DNA from: Chloroflexota bacterium
GTDB taxonomy: Bacteria; Chloroflexota; Limnocylindria; Limnocylindrales; CSP1-4
Length of the DNA: 64,000 bases
Direction of reading: 5' to 3'
Assembly: GCA_045804645.1 (NCBI GenBank)
Contig: JBJMMR010000041.1
Location: 9,474-73,473 of the forward strand
A program made the position numbers and the translations under genes. Of this stretch, positions 18,542-28,287 are shown one piece after another (the first letter of the stretch is position 1; each line of letters begins with the position of its first letter). Under the pieces are notes generated by a model. That model ran no database searches. It was not told where the DNA came from and saw nothing but the letters and a program-made list of their open reading frames with translations.

Positions 18542-18988
18542 TCAGAGTCCGCCCGATTCCATCAGACGCTTGAGGTTGTCGAGGTCGCGCTGGAACTCCT
18601 TGCGCATCAGCGTCGGCAGGACCGGAGACATCACCCCATAGAGGCCTCGTGGACGTTCGAACGTCCAGGTCCGATCGATGCTCGTTCCGCCTGAAACCTC
18701 ACCGAACTCGATCACCGCCCGCCACACGAAAGGACCTCCGACACTCTTGACCACCATCCTGCGCCTGGGCTCGAATTCGACCATCTCGGCTTCATTCGTC
18801 TGCGTGCCCCCGCCGAAGGTCCTCGAGACAGCTCGTCGTCGCGATCCCACCCGCATGGGCCCGGACGTGAGCGGGGTGACCTCGATCGCGTTCCTGTTCC
18901 ATTTCGGGACGTTCGTGACATCGCTCAGGACACCGAACACGTCTTCGACGTTCCGCGTGATCACGACGCTCGCCTTAGCGACACCCAT
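18542..18988 (-). CDS. SRPBCC (polyketide cyclase) family protein
   Basis: VEDVF..LSD..NVPKW and DLDNLKRLME pattern. Confidence 0.8.
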   Translation of the reverse strand: MGVAKASVVITRNVEDVFGVLSDVTNVPKWNRNAIEVTPLTSGPMRVGSRRRAVSRTFGGGTQTNEAEMVEFEPRRRMVVKSVGGPFVWRAVIEFGEVSGGTSIDRTWTFERPRGLYGVMSPVLPTLMRKEFQRDLDNLKRLMESGGL

Positions 18989-19088
18989 CGACTGCACCGT
19001 CACATAGCCGTCCCCGTCAGGATAGGACCCTTCCCGCGTGCTGACTCGGCGATCCGACCAGACGTGTCCGGCTGATACCATCCCGCCG

Positions 19089-19457
19089 ATGGAGATCATG
19101 GGCATCGACATCCGAACGATCATCAGCGACAACGTCGCGAAGCGATGTGACGGGTGCGGGGAGATCATCGAAGGAACCCCCTGGCGGGTGAACCTGCTCG
19201 ATATCGTCGCGCCCGAGGCCGCCGTGAGCTGGGCGGAGCGCACCGCCATCAACCCGGGGCCGTTCCAGTTCCACGGCGACCCGGACCACGTCCGTCGGTG
19301 GATGGCCGGCAAGGGTTACCTGTTCTGCCGGAAGGGCGAGATCCGCGAGATCATGCGCCCGATCGTGATCCCGACGGCTGCCGACAGCCCTGAGGCGGTC
19401 CGGTACGGGCTGTGCGACGGCGTGCACCGCGACGACCACGAGTTCGTGCCCGCCTGA
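19089..19457 (+). CDS. Small Cys/His-rich hypothetical protein
   Basis: CDGC, HGDPDH, FC and CDGVHRDDH; genome-typical codon usage; TACCAT upstream. Confidence 0.7.
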   Translation: MEIMGIDIRTIISDNVAKRCDGCGEIIEGTPWRVNLLDIVAPEAAVSWAERTAINPGPFQFHGDPDHVRRWMAGKGYLFCRKGEIREIMRPIVIPTAADSPEAVRYGLCDGVHRDDHEFVPA

Positions 19458-19499
19458 CACGCGTCGCGGCGCGCCGAAGCCCTCCCGCGCACATCAGGT

Positions 19500-19571
19500 T
19501 TGACGGCCGTTCTGACCCGCCCTATCCTCACCTCGCCCGGGCACGATCTGGTACCCAGATTTACCCAGGTT
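19500..19571 (+). promoter_or_regulatory. Sigma-70 promoter plus 10-bp direct repeat
   Basis: TTGACG - 17 bp - TATCCT; TACCCAGATT TACCCAGGTT at 19552-19571. Confidence 0.7.
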
Positions 19572-19655
19572 TCATGCCGACGGGTCGCCGGCCGTTTCCC
19601 CCCACGGCTGTGCTGACCCGTCGGCGCCCGATCTCACCTTCGACGAGGTGCCGAT

Positions 19656-20291
19656 TTGAGCGAACCGACGGCGGGTCTCCGGACCGCCGGTTGGCTATCG
19701 CTTGGCCCCGCCAGCGAACTGCTGGGGATCGATCCCGACACGCTTCGCCGGTGGGCCGATGAAGGTCGCGTGGCGGCGTGGACGACACCGGGCGGGCATC
19801 GCCGGTTCGATGCGGAGGCGCTGAACCGTCTCGTCCAGGCCCGGCGCTCGACGACGCGGATGCCACTCACGAGCCTCGGCGCATCGCCGGAGCGCCTGAC
19901 GCGCGTCTATCGGCGCCACTACGCGTCCGATGAGCGTACCGACGAGGCCGAGCGAGAGGCGTATCGCCTTGCGGGCAGGCGACTGATCGCCACGCTCGTC
20001 GCGTACCTGGATGCCGACCCGCAGGACTCGCGACGTCGCCGTCGCCTCGAAGCCAACGCCGGGACCGTCGTCGACGATCAGGCGCGTCGCCTCGCCGACA
20101 GTGGCGCGACGTTGACGGACGCCGTGACCCGCTTCATCGGCGCTCGCCAGCCGTTCGTCGCCGAGCTCGCGGCGATCGGCCGGGGGCGATCGCTCGACCC
20201 GACCCACCTCGCCGAGCTGTACGGCGATGCATGGGCACTGCTCGATCGACTGCTGCTCCGGTTCATCGACACCCACCAGCGGAGCGCCTGA
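19656..20291 (+). CDS. MerR/BldC/excisionase-like HTH regulator with helical C-terminal domain
   Basis: ASELLGIDPDTLRRWADEG..TPGGHRRF. Confidence 0.85.
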   Translation: MSEPTAGLRTAGWLSLGPASELLGIDPDTLRRWADEGRVAAWTTPGGHRRFDAEALNRLVQARRSTTRMPLTSLGASPERLTRVYRRHYASDERTDEAEREAYRLAGRRLIATLVAYLDADPQDSRRRRRLEANAGTVVDDQARRLADSGATLTDAVTRFIGARQPFVAELAAIGRGRSLDPTHLAELYGDAWALLDRLLLRFIDTHQRSA

Positions 20292-20294
20292 CGG

Positions 20295-21386
20295 ATGCAG
20301 ATCGACGTCGTCCTTCCCGCCGTCACCTCGATCCTGGCGCTGATCTTCAGCGTCGCGCTGTTCGACCAGTGGCGCGAGCGCCGCGGCGGATTCCAGCTCA
20401 TCTGGGCGATCGGGATGCTCTTTTATGGCATCGCGTCGGGCTGTGAGGCACTCGCGGGGGCGGGCGGCTGGAACGAGACCCTGTACCGGACGTGGTACCT
20501 GACGGGCGCCGTCTGGACCGCGGGCTGGCTCGGCCTCGGGACGGCGTTCCTCCTCGGTAGGACCAGGTTCGGCTACTGCTTCGCTCTCTGCCTGTTCCTG
20601 GCCGGACTATTCACGTTCCTCGTCCGCAATCGACCCGAGTACGCGGGCGCCGGAGCGCTGCCGTTGCTGTACTTCCTCGCTGCGGGGATCCTCGCCCTCG
20701 CGGTCGCGGTGGAGACGTATTTCCAGAACGAGCGCTGGCCGATGCTCGCGGCCGGGGCCGTCGTCGGGGCGACCCTCCTCAGCCTCGTGCTCATGGCCAC
20801 CACGACGATCGCCGCACCCGGGTATGCCGTCGATCCGACGACCAACATGCCGGTCGCGACGCTATTGCCGCCACAGCTCCGGCTGCTGACGCCGTTCATG
20901 AACGTGACCGGTGCCTTCGCCCTGATCCTCGGCGCCGTCTTCAGCACATACATGTTCATGCCGAAGCGACGCGTGCTGTCCTACTCGCTCGATCCGAACC
21001 AGCCGGGCGACCAGTTCCTCTTCAATCTGCTGATCGCGCCCGTCGCCATCACCGTGAACCTCATCGTGTCGCTACCCGGCGCCGTGAAGGCGCTCCTCAC
21101 GGGTCGGATCCACAGCCGCGTCCCGGCGACGATCCTCATCGCGATAGGGGCCTTCATCCCGACCTTCACCGATTCGCTCAACCGGTTCGGCTCGACCGAG
21201 CTGTTCCAGCTCGGCAAGTTCCTTGGCGTCGTGTTCCTGTTCCTCGGCTTCCTCGTGTCGATCGAGGTGTTCCACGAGATCCGGATCCCCTTCACGGACA
21301 TCCGGCTCGCCACCGCTCGCCGCGAGGCGACGGGGACGCCGGAGCTCGCCGCCGACCCTCCGGCAGAGGGCGCCACCGTACGCTGA
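20295..21386 (+). CDS. Polytopic membrane protein of unknown function
   Basis: About 10 TM segments; begins 3 nt after the HTH gene. Confidence 0.75.
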   Translation: MQIDVVLPAVTSILALIFSVALFDQWRERRGGFQLIWAIGMLFYGIASGCEALAGAGGWNETLYRTWYLTGAVWTAGWLGLGTAFLLGRTRFGYCFALCLFLAGLFTFLVRNRPEYAGAGALPLLYFLAAGILALAVAVETYFQNERWPMLAAGAVVGATLLSLVLMATTTIAAPGYAVDPTTNMPVATLLPPQLRLLTPFMNVTGAFALILGAVFSTYMFMPKRRVLSYSLDPNQPGDQFLFNLLIAPVAITVNLIVSLPGAVKALLTGRIHSRVPATILIAIGAFIPTFTDSLNRFGSTELFQLGKFLGVVFLFLGFLVSIEVFHEIRIPFTDIRLATARREATGTPELAADPPAEGATVR

Positions 21387-21432
21387 GCCGCCGCGACCGA
21401 GCCCCGGCGCTCGCCCGCCCTACCATTCGCCG

Positions 21433-22452
21433 GTGTCCAGTCCGTCACTGACCTCCGAGCGTCCCGCGATCGCGGCCCGAGGCCCGACCCCGGTCCGCGG
21501 CTTCGTGATCGTCATCGTGTCGGCGTCGTTGTTCGGGATGCTCGGCCCGCTGTCGCGGTTCGCCTACGACGCGGGCATGGAACCGCCGGCATTCGTCGCG
21601 TGGCGCGCGGCGTTCGGCTTCCTGGCGCTCGCGACCTACGTCGGCTGGCGCGTCCGTCACGGCACGACCCGACTGATCCGCTTCAGCACCCTGCCCACCC
21701 GTGCCCGCGTCGCGATGCTGGCGGCCGCACTCGCCGGGACCGTCCTGAACCTGTGCATGTTCTTCGCGTTCGACAGGATCACGATCGCGCTGGCACTCCT
21801 TGGCTTCTACACATATCCGGCGCTCGTGGCGATCGCGAATGTCGTGCTCGGTCGCGAGCGACTCGACCGCGCGCGGGTGGCCGCCCTGGCGCTGGCGATC
21901 GCCGGGATGATCGCGGTCGTCGCGTCACAGCTCGACCCGGCTGCCGCTATCCGTCTCGACGCGATCGGCATCGGGCTCGCACTCGGTGCGGCCGTATGCC
22001 AGACGCTCTTCGTGATCCTGGCACGGGACGGTTACCCAGAGGTCCCGACCGAGCAGGCGATGACGACCGTCCTCTTCGTATCGCTCGTCGGTGCCGTCCT
22101 CGTGGCCCTCATCGCGAACGGCCTCGGTGCGCTGGCCCAGCCGATCCTCGATCCGAGCGTCCTACCGCTCCTGATCTTCACGGGCGTCGCTGCCGCGGCC
22201 ATCCCGTCGTTCGGGTTCCTGACCGGGATCAGGCTCATCGGTGGTACGCGAGCGGGAATCCTGATGCTGTTCGAGCCAGTGGTCGGGGTCGCGCTCGCCG
22301 CGTGGCTGCTGTCCGAGGCCCTCGCACCGATCCAGATCGTCGGCGCGGCGGCGATCCTCGGTGCAGCCGTCCTGCTCCAGCGGGCTGCCCATCCCGAGGA
22401 CGAGCCCGAGCCCGAGGCCGAGCGGTCGGTGGTGGTACCCGGCGGTCCGTAG
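21433..22452 (+). CDS. DMT/EamA family transporter
   Basis: Two EamA repeats, YTYPALV and FEPVVGV. Confidence 0.9.
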   Translation: MSSPSLTSERPAIAARGPTPVRGFVIVIVSASLFGMLGPLSRFAYDAGMEPPAFVAWRAAFGFLALATYVGWRVRHGTTRLIRFSTLPTRARVAMLAAALAGTVLNLCMFFAFDRITIALALLGFYTYPALVAIANVVLGRERLDRARVAALALAIAGMIAVVASQLDPAAAIRLDAIGIGLALGAAVCQTLFVILARDGYPEVPTEQAMTTVLFVSLVGAVLVALIANGLGALAQPILDPSVLPLLIFTGVAAAAIPSFGFLTGIRLIGGTRAGILMLFEPVVGVALAAWLLSEALAPIQIVGAAAILGAAVLLQRAAHPEDEPEPEAERSVVVPGGP

Positions 22453-22467
22453 CGTCACACTCCGGTC

Positions 22468-23136
22468 ATGGCCGACGGTCCGATCCGCGTCCTGCTCGTC
22501 GACGACCATGCGATGGTCCGTCGCGGGATGCGCGACTTCCTCTCGCTGCACGACGACATCGAGGTGGTCGGCGAGGCCGCTGACGGTGCCGCGGCCGTCG
22601 AGCTGGCCGGGGAGTTGCGGCCCGACATCGTCGTGATGGACCTGATGATGCCGAACCTCGACGGCATCGAAGCGACGGGCCGGATCAAGGCGGCGCTACC
22701 CGATGTCGAGGTCATCGCGCTGACGAGCTTCATCGAGGAGTCGCGCGTCGTCGCCGCCATCGAAGCGGGCGCGTCCGGCTTCCTGTTGAAGGATGCAGAG
22801 GCCGACGAGTTGGCCGGCGCGATCCGGTCGGCCGCGGCTGGCGAGGTCCACCTCGATCCCGCCGTCGCCTCGATCGTCGCTCGACGGATGCGTGACGGGG
22901 GCCGCGGCTCGCCAGCCGACCGGGCTGACGGGATCGGCACGCTGACGGCTCGTGAGCGCGACGTCCTGGTGCGCGTCGCGCGTGGCTATCCGAACCGCCA
23001 GATCGCGTCCGACCTCGGCATCACCGAGCGGACGGCACGCACTCACGTCTCGAACATCCTCGCGAAGCTCGGACTCGCGAGCCGCACCCAGGCTGCCCTG
23101 CTCGCCGCGCAGCATGGCCTCGATCGCGAGGCCTAG
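22468..23136 (+). CDS. NarL/LuxR family response regulator
   Basis: VDDH receiver domain and LTARERDVL..HVSNIL HTH. Confidence 0.95.
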   Translation: MADGPIRVLLVDDHAMVRRGMRDFLSLHDDIEVVGEAADGAAAVELAGELRPDIVVMDLMMPNLDGIEATGRIKAALPDVEVIALTSFIEESRVVAAIEAGASGFLLKDAEADELAGAIRSAAAGEVHLDPAVASIVARRMRDGGRGSPADRADGIGTLTARERDVLVRVARGYPNRQIASDLGITERTARTHVSNILAKLGLASRTQAALLAAQHGLDREA

Positions 23137-23270
23137 GCGAGCGTCGATCCGTCCTCGGCGGAGCTCGCCACGGCAGGCTCCCGCAAGTGTGGAGACCGCC
23201 TGGGCGAACGGGGCTGAAAGGGGCCGGTGCTAGACTGGCCCGACCCACCCGACCTTCCGTAGAGGTTCCA

Positions 23271-24149
23271 TTGCGCGTCCGAAAAGCCGTTTTCCCCGCG
23301 GCGGGCTGGGGGACCCGGTTCCTGCCAGCGACCAAGGCTCAGCCCAAAGAGATGCTCCCGCTGGTCGACAAGCCGATCATCCAGTACGCGGTGGAAGAGG
23401 CCGTCGCGGCGGGCATCGAGCAGGTCATCATCGTCACCTCCAGCCAGAAGCGCGCGATCGAGGACCATTTCGATCTGTCGTACGAGCTCGAGCACCTGCT
23501 CGAGGAGAAGGGCGACATCGAGATGCTCCGACAGGTCCGCCACATCAGCGATCTCGCGCAGGTGGCGTACGTTCGCCAGAAGGAGCAGCTGGGACTCGGT
23601 CACGCGGTGCTCATGGCCAAGGACCTCATCGGCCATGAGCCGTTCGCGGTGATCTTGCCGGACGACGTCGTGGTCGGCGACCGCCCGTGCATCGGACAGC
23701 TGATCCACGCCTACGAGCAGACCCACGGGTCGGTGGTAGCGGTGATGGAAGTCCCGCACGAGGACACCAGCCGCTACGGCGTCATCGCGGCCGAACCGAG
23801 CGAGGACCCACTCGACCATGGCCGACTCCATAGGGTGACCCAGCTCGTCGAGAAGCCCGAGCCGGCCAAGGCACCGTCGAACCTCGCGATCATCGGCAGG
23901 TATGTCCTTACCCCGAAGATCTTCGACAAGCTCGAGCAGACCCAGCGTGGGGCCGGCGGAGAGATCCAGCTCACGGACGCGATCCAGGCGATGATGGAGG
24001 AGCAGGCGGTCTACGCCTACGAGTTCGAGGGGACGCGCTACGACGCCGGGACGACGATGGGCTGGCTCAAGGCGTCCGTCGAGCTGGCACTCCAGCGGCC
24101 GGAGTTGAGCGGCGAGCTCCGCGCATACCTGGGCGGCCTGCAGCTCTAG
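23271..24149 (+). CDS. galU: UTP--glucose-1-phosphate uridylyltransferase
   Basis: KAVFPAAGWGTRFLPATKAQPKEMLP, VEKP and EIQLTDA. Confidence 0.95.
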   Translation: MRVRKAVFPAAGWGTRFLPATKAQPKEMLPLVDKPIIQYAVEEAVAAGIEQVIIVTSSQKRAIEDHFDLSYELEHLLEEKGDIEMLRQVRHISDLAQVAYVRQKEQLGLGHAVLMAKDLIGHEPFAVILPDDVVVGDRPCIGQLIHAYEQTHGSVVAVMEVPHEDTSRYGVIAAEPSEDPLDHGRLHRVTQLVEKPEPAKAPSNLAIIGRYVLTPKIFDKLEQTQRGAGGEIQLTDAIQAMMEEQAVYAYEFEGTRYDAGTTMGWLKASVELALQRPELSGELRAYLGGLQL

Positions 24150-24282
24150 AGCCCCCGCCGAGGCGCGACGCGACCGCGCCCACGGGGTCGTCCGAACGAG
24201 GGCATGGGGTACCATGCCGGCCGAGCGCGTCGCGAACGTCGGCGGCGCGCGTATCCGTGTCAGGGACATTCGAGGGGCACGT

Positions 24283-25959
24283 TTGGCTGAGATCGGAACG
24301 ATCCTTGGCGGCCGCTACCGGCTCGTGGAGCTGCTCGGACAGGGCGGCATGGCCACGATCTACCGGGCGGCGGACACCCAGCTCGGACGCGATGTCGCCG
24401 TCAAGCTGCTGCGTCCCGAGTACCTGCGCGACCCCGATTTCTCGAGCCGCTTCCGGCAGGAGGCGCAGAACGCCGCGTCGCTGAACCATCCGAACGTGGT
24501 CAGCGTGTACGACTACGGCGAGGACCCGAACGGGCCGTACATCGTCATGGAGCTCATCGACGGGGAGGACCTCGCGACGATCCTCCGCCGGAACGGGGCG
24601 CTCCCCGCCGCGCAAGCCGCACGCATCGCGGCCGCCGTGGCGCGAGCACTCGCGGCGGCGCACGCCCGCGGCATCGTGCATCGCGACGTCAAGCCCGGGA
24701 ACGTGCTCATCGGGCGCGACGGACGCGTCAAGGTCGTCGACTTCGGCATCGCGCGCGCAGTCGCCGAGGCGCAGATGACGTTGCCCGGGACGACGCTCGG
24801 GTCCGTCCACTACTTCAGCCCGGAGCAGGCGCGTGGCGAGACCGCCACGAACGAGTCGGACATCTACTCGCTCGGCATCGTGATGTACGAGATGCTCACC
24901 GGCGTCCGGCCGTGGGAGGGTGACAGCGCCGCGAGCGTCGCCCTGGCACGCCTGAGCGGTCCGGTCCCGGATCCCGCGCTCGTGCGGACCTCCGTGCCGC
25001 CCGATCTCGCCGCGATCACGCGCAAGGCGCTCGCGCCACTCCCGATCGACCGGTTCGCGTCCGCGTCGGCGATGGCCGATGCGATCGAGACGTCGAGGTC
25101 CGCCGCCGGGGATCGGGGCGTCGCGACGGCCGCGGGCGTGGCCGCCGTCGGCGGTGTCGCTGCCTCGGCTGGCGTCGCGCGTTCCAATCCCACCGTCATG
25201 TCGTATCCGAGTGACGCCTACGCCGACGCCGACGACGTCCCGCCGCCCTACCCGCCGTCGCCGCCAGGTCGACGCGCGGCCGTGGAGGACGAAGAGAGCC
25301 GGACGAGCCCCGTCGTCTGGATCAGCGGTATCGCCGCGATCCTGCTTCTGGCGGCCATCGGCTTCATCGTGTTCCAGTTGCTCTCGGGCCCGTCGGCTCC
25401 GGCGACGGAACAGGTCGCCGTGCCCGATTTCGTCGGCAAGCTGCTCGCCGAGGCCACCCGGGAGGCGGAGTCGGTCGGGCTCACGCTGGACGTCACCGAC
25501 CAGACCTCCGACCAGCCGGTCGGGACGATCCTCGATCAGAGCCCCGACGCCGACGCCCTCGTCGATTCGGGGTCGACGGTCCAGGTCACCGTCGCGTCGG
25601 GCGTCGAACAGGTGCCGATGCCCGATCTCCGCAACAAGACCGAGGCGCTCGCGGTGCAGGAGATCGTCACGGCCGGCCTCGTACCCGGGGCCAAGACCGA
25701 GGCGTTCGACCCGGTGGTGCCGGTCGGGCTCGTCGCGTCCCAGAACCCCGCGCCGGGCGTCGTCGTCGCAAAGGGCTCGTCGGTCGATTACGTGATCTCG
25801 AAGGGCCCGGAACCGACGCCATCGCCGACCCCGAGCCCGACGCCGTCGCCGACACCGGAGCCCACGCCGTCGCCGACACCCGCACCGACCGCGACCCCCA
25901 CACCCGTGCCGACCGCGACGCCGGCGCCGACGGTGGAACCGACGCCTACCCCGACCTGA
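24283..25959 (+). CDS. Hanks-type Ser/Thr kinase with two PASTA domains (PknB-like)
   Basis: GQGGMA, VAVK, HRDVKPGN, DFG, SPE, TM segment, PASTA repeats, PT tail. Confidence 0.92.
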   Translation: MAEIGTILGGRYRLVELLGQGGMATIYRAADTQLGRDVAVKLLRPEYLRDPDFSSRFRQEAQNAASLNHPNVVSVYDYGEDPNGPYIVMELIDGEDLATILRRNGALPAAQAARIAAAVARALAAAHARGIVHRDVKPGNVLIGRDGRVKVVDFGIARAVAEAQMTLPGTTLGSVHYFSPEQARGETATNESDIYSLGIVMYEMLTGVRPWEGDSAASVALARLSGPVPDPALVRTSVPPDLAAITRKALAPLPIDRFASASAMADAIETSRSAAGDRGVATAAGVAAVGGVAASAGVARSNPTVMSYPSDAYADADDVPPPYPPSPPGRRAAVEDEESRTSPVVWISGIAAILLLAAIGFIVFQLLSGPSAPATEQVAVPDFVGKLLAEATREAESVGLTLDVTDQTSDQPVGTILDQSPDADALVDSGSTVQVTVASGVEQVPMPDLRNKTEALAVQEIVTAGLVPGAKTEAFDPVVPVGLVASQNPAPGVVVAKGSSVDYVISKGPEPTPSPTPSPTPSPTPEPTPSPTPAPTATPTPVPTATPAPTVEPTPTPT

Positions 25960-25971
25960 CGCGAGCGGGCA

Positions 25972-26385
25972 TCAGGGTTCGAGGTCGCCCCAGAGACTCC
26001 AGCCAGGCTCAGCCGACACCCGCTTGGGCGGCACCAGCGGCGGCTCCTCGACGGTCTGATCAGGACCGTCTGCCGAAGGCACCGGAGCGACCTCCACGAA
26101 TGCGAGTGGCGGCCGTGTGTCCTCGGCTCCAGGAGCGGCGGCGATGGTCAGTGGAACGGACGTTCCGGTGGCGACGCCGTCCGGCCAGCCTTCCCAGCAG
26201 GCGCGGATCTCCTCGCCCGTGAGTGGCTGCCGACTCCGGTCGAGCCCGCAGTACCCGAGCTGACCGGCCACCGAGCGTCGGTAGTGGCGACACGTGCCGC
26301 AGGAGGTGGAGGACCGCCGACACACCCAGCACCGCGCCGTCTCGGCCTGGGGAGTCCCGCAATGCGGACACCGCCACATCGGCAT
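25972..26385 (-). CDS. Cys-rich (zinc-finger-like) hypothetical protein
   Basis: CPHC, CWVC, CGTC plus two further Cys; TACCAT 6 nt before ATG. Confidence 0.7.
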   Translation of the reverse strand: MPMWRCPHCGTPQAETARCWVCRRSSTSCGTCRHYRRSVAGQLGYCGLDRSRQPLTGEEIRACWEGWPDGVATGTSVPLTIAAAPGAEDTRPPLAFVEVAPVPSADGPDQTVEEPPLVPPKRVSAEPGWSLWGDLEP

Positions 26386-26479
26386 GCGGCGATGGTAGCT
26401 GCGACTCGGCCGCCTGTCGATGATCCGCCGCTCGACACCGTTTCTGGCCGATGGCACCGGCGCTCCGATCGCAGCGCCG

Positions 26480-27673
26480 CTAGCGACGGATCGTTATCAC
26501 CGTCTCGTCCGTCGTGCGGCCGAAATCCGTCGTGCGGACGAGGATCCCCGCCGTCCCGACGCCCGGGTCGACGCCCTTCGGGATGCGTGTCGAGAACGAG
26601 GCCTGGCCGTTCGCGTCGGTCGTGACGTCGCCGGTGATCGTCTTGATGCCGGGCACGCTCAGGGTGAAGGTGACGCGTGCCCCCGCGAGTGGGCTGCCAT
26701 CGGGATCGTCGACGTTGGCGACGAGGCGGATCTGCTGCGGGAGCTGCCGTTGACTGATCGAGTAGAACGACAGGCTCACGGACGCCCGGAGGCGGCCGGA
26801 TCCGCGGCGCACCGAAAGCTGGGTCGCTTTCTGGTTGCCAGCCGGGTCGGTGACCGTGAGCCGGATCGGGTTCGTACCCGTGTCGAGCGGCAGGCTGAGT
26901 GAGAAGGTCCCGTCGGCGGCGGCGGTTCCGCCGATCGATTGCCCCGTCTTCATGTTCCGCGCGTTCAGCGTCGAGCGACCTTGGGTCCGTCCCTGGAGCG
27001 TCACCGCCTGCCGGTTGATCATCGCCCCGTCCTTGGGCGAGGTCAGCTTGATGACCGGCGGGGCGACATCGAGCACCCACCGCACGAGCGGCGATGACTC
27101 GGACTCGCCGCCGGGCCCCACGAGGGTGACGCTGAAGTCGTTGATCCCCTTCGTCAGCTTGACCGGGATGATCATCTGCGGGACCGCAGCGAGCGGTTTC
27201 TCATCGATCGGCGTGGGGGCCTGATCCTTGAGCGCGAGGTAGACCCGCACACGGTAATCAGGGTTGCCGGCGAGCCGCGTCGGGACCGTGACGGCAAGGT
27301 CGACCTGGTTCTCGTTCGTGTACGGCTCCGTCGGCGACTCGACCGTCGGCGCGTCCTCGACCACTGCGGGCGTCGTCGACGGCGCTGGCGTGGCGGTGAT
27401 CCCGTTCACGAACGAGGTCAGCGTCCCGCCGACGGCGTTGGCGACGACGCCCAGACCCCCGGCGCCGATGTACAGCACGAAGAGTCCGACGAGCGCGACG
27501 CCGACGCCGAGTGCGACGCGGCCGACAAGGGGGATGCCGCGGCTGCGCCGGACAGGCCCGTGCACCGCGATCCGCCCGGGCGCCGGTGCCCGGGGTCGGG
27601 TCTTGACGGGGGTGGAACGGCCGCCGGACGGGGGGCGGGGCCTGACGTGATCTGCGCGGCGGCGGGTCGCCAT
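26480..27673 (-). CDS. Membrane-anchored protein with bacterial Ig-like domains
   Basis: Basic N-terminus, TM segment, beta-sandwich motifs (VTDPAGN, TTDANGQA). Confidence 0.75.
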   Translation of the reverse strand: MATRRRADHVRPRPPSGGRSTPVKTRPRAPAPGRIAVHGPVRRSRGIPLVGRVALGVGVALVGLFVLYIGAGGLGVVANAVGGTLTSFVNGITATPAPSTTPAVVEDAPTVESPTEPYTNENQVDLAVTVPTRLAGNPDYRVRVYLALKDQAPTPIDEKPLAAVPQMIIPVKLTKGINDFSVTLVGPGGESESSPLVRWVLDVAPPVIKLTSPKDGAMINRQAVTLQGRTQGRSTLNARNMKTGQSIGGTAAADGTFSLSLPLDTGTNPIRLTVTDPAGNQKATQLSVRRGSGRLRASVSLSFYSISQRQLPQQIRLVANVDDPDGSPLAGARVTFTLSVPGIKTITGDVTTDANGQASFSTRIPKGVDPGVGTAGILVRTTDFGRTTDETVITIRR

Positions 27674-27840
27674 CGGCCGCGATTGTCGCACGCTATCGCC
27701 ACTCGGACCGTGGTGGAGCGTTCCAGGTCCCGGAGGGGACGCCGTGTCGCGGCGGCGACGGTCGAAAGGAGGCAGTGCGCTGTACTCTTGCGCGGTCGCG
27801 CGTGCCGACGGTACTGGCGCGCGCAGGTTGGGGAGGTTGC

Positions 27841-28287
27841 GTGCAGGCCCGCGATCCACGGACCGGACGACCGGTCAGCGGCCCAGGACCCGATCGGTCG
27901 GGTCGTCCGGTATCGACGGGGCGCCCCGCGCAGGGGAATGCACCGGGTCGGCCGGCCTTCGGGCTTGGCCCCATCGCTCGCGTGACGCCGTCGCCGCTCG
28001 TCGCCCGCTCTGCGCCCACGACGATGCCCGTCCTGCCCCGACCGGGCTTCGGGCTTCCGAACCTGCGACGCAACGTCTGTCCGCACTTCTATATGACCGG
28101 GTCGCGAGGCGCGATCCCGATCCAGGCGCCGCACCTGCTCAAGGCCCTGATCCGACAGGACACCAACGTCTCGCGCTGTCAGTTGCGCGGCGGCGTCCAT
28201 CTCGACCAGGGCTACGTGAACGACGTCTGCCTGACACCGCGCTTCAACCAGTGCGTCTTCTACGAGGATGAGCTGACGCGCGAGTGA
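27841..28287 (+). CDS. Small 4-Cys hypothetical protein, coupled to folC
   Basis: GGAGG before GTG 27841; CPHF..C..CLT..QCVFY; GTGA overlap with folC. Confidence 0.65.
   Translation: MQARDPRTGRPVSGPGPDRSGRPVSTGRPAQGNAPGRPAFGLGPIARVTPSPLVARSAPTTMPVLPRPGFGLPNLRRNVCPHFYMTGSRGAIPIQAPHLLKALIRQDTNVSRCQLRGGVHLDQGYVNDVCLTPRFNQCVFYEDELTRE

Noticed and set aside
17197-19000. Genomic island integrated at tRNA-Glu
   Set aside because: The downstream genes look accessory, but I found no integrase and no duplicated tRNA 3' end (att site) in the window.
19656-20291. Prophage excisionase
   Set aside because: The HTH is fused to a long C-domain, and there is no phage or integrase context.
27674-27840. THF or other riboswitch ahead of the fol operon
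   Set aside because: No recognisable conserved riboswitch core; the region is explained by divergent promoters and an RBS.
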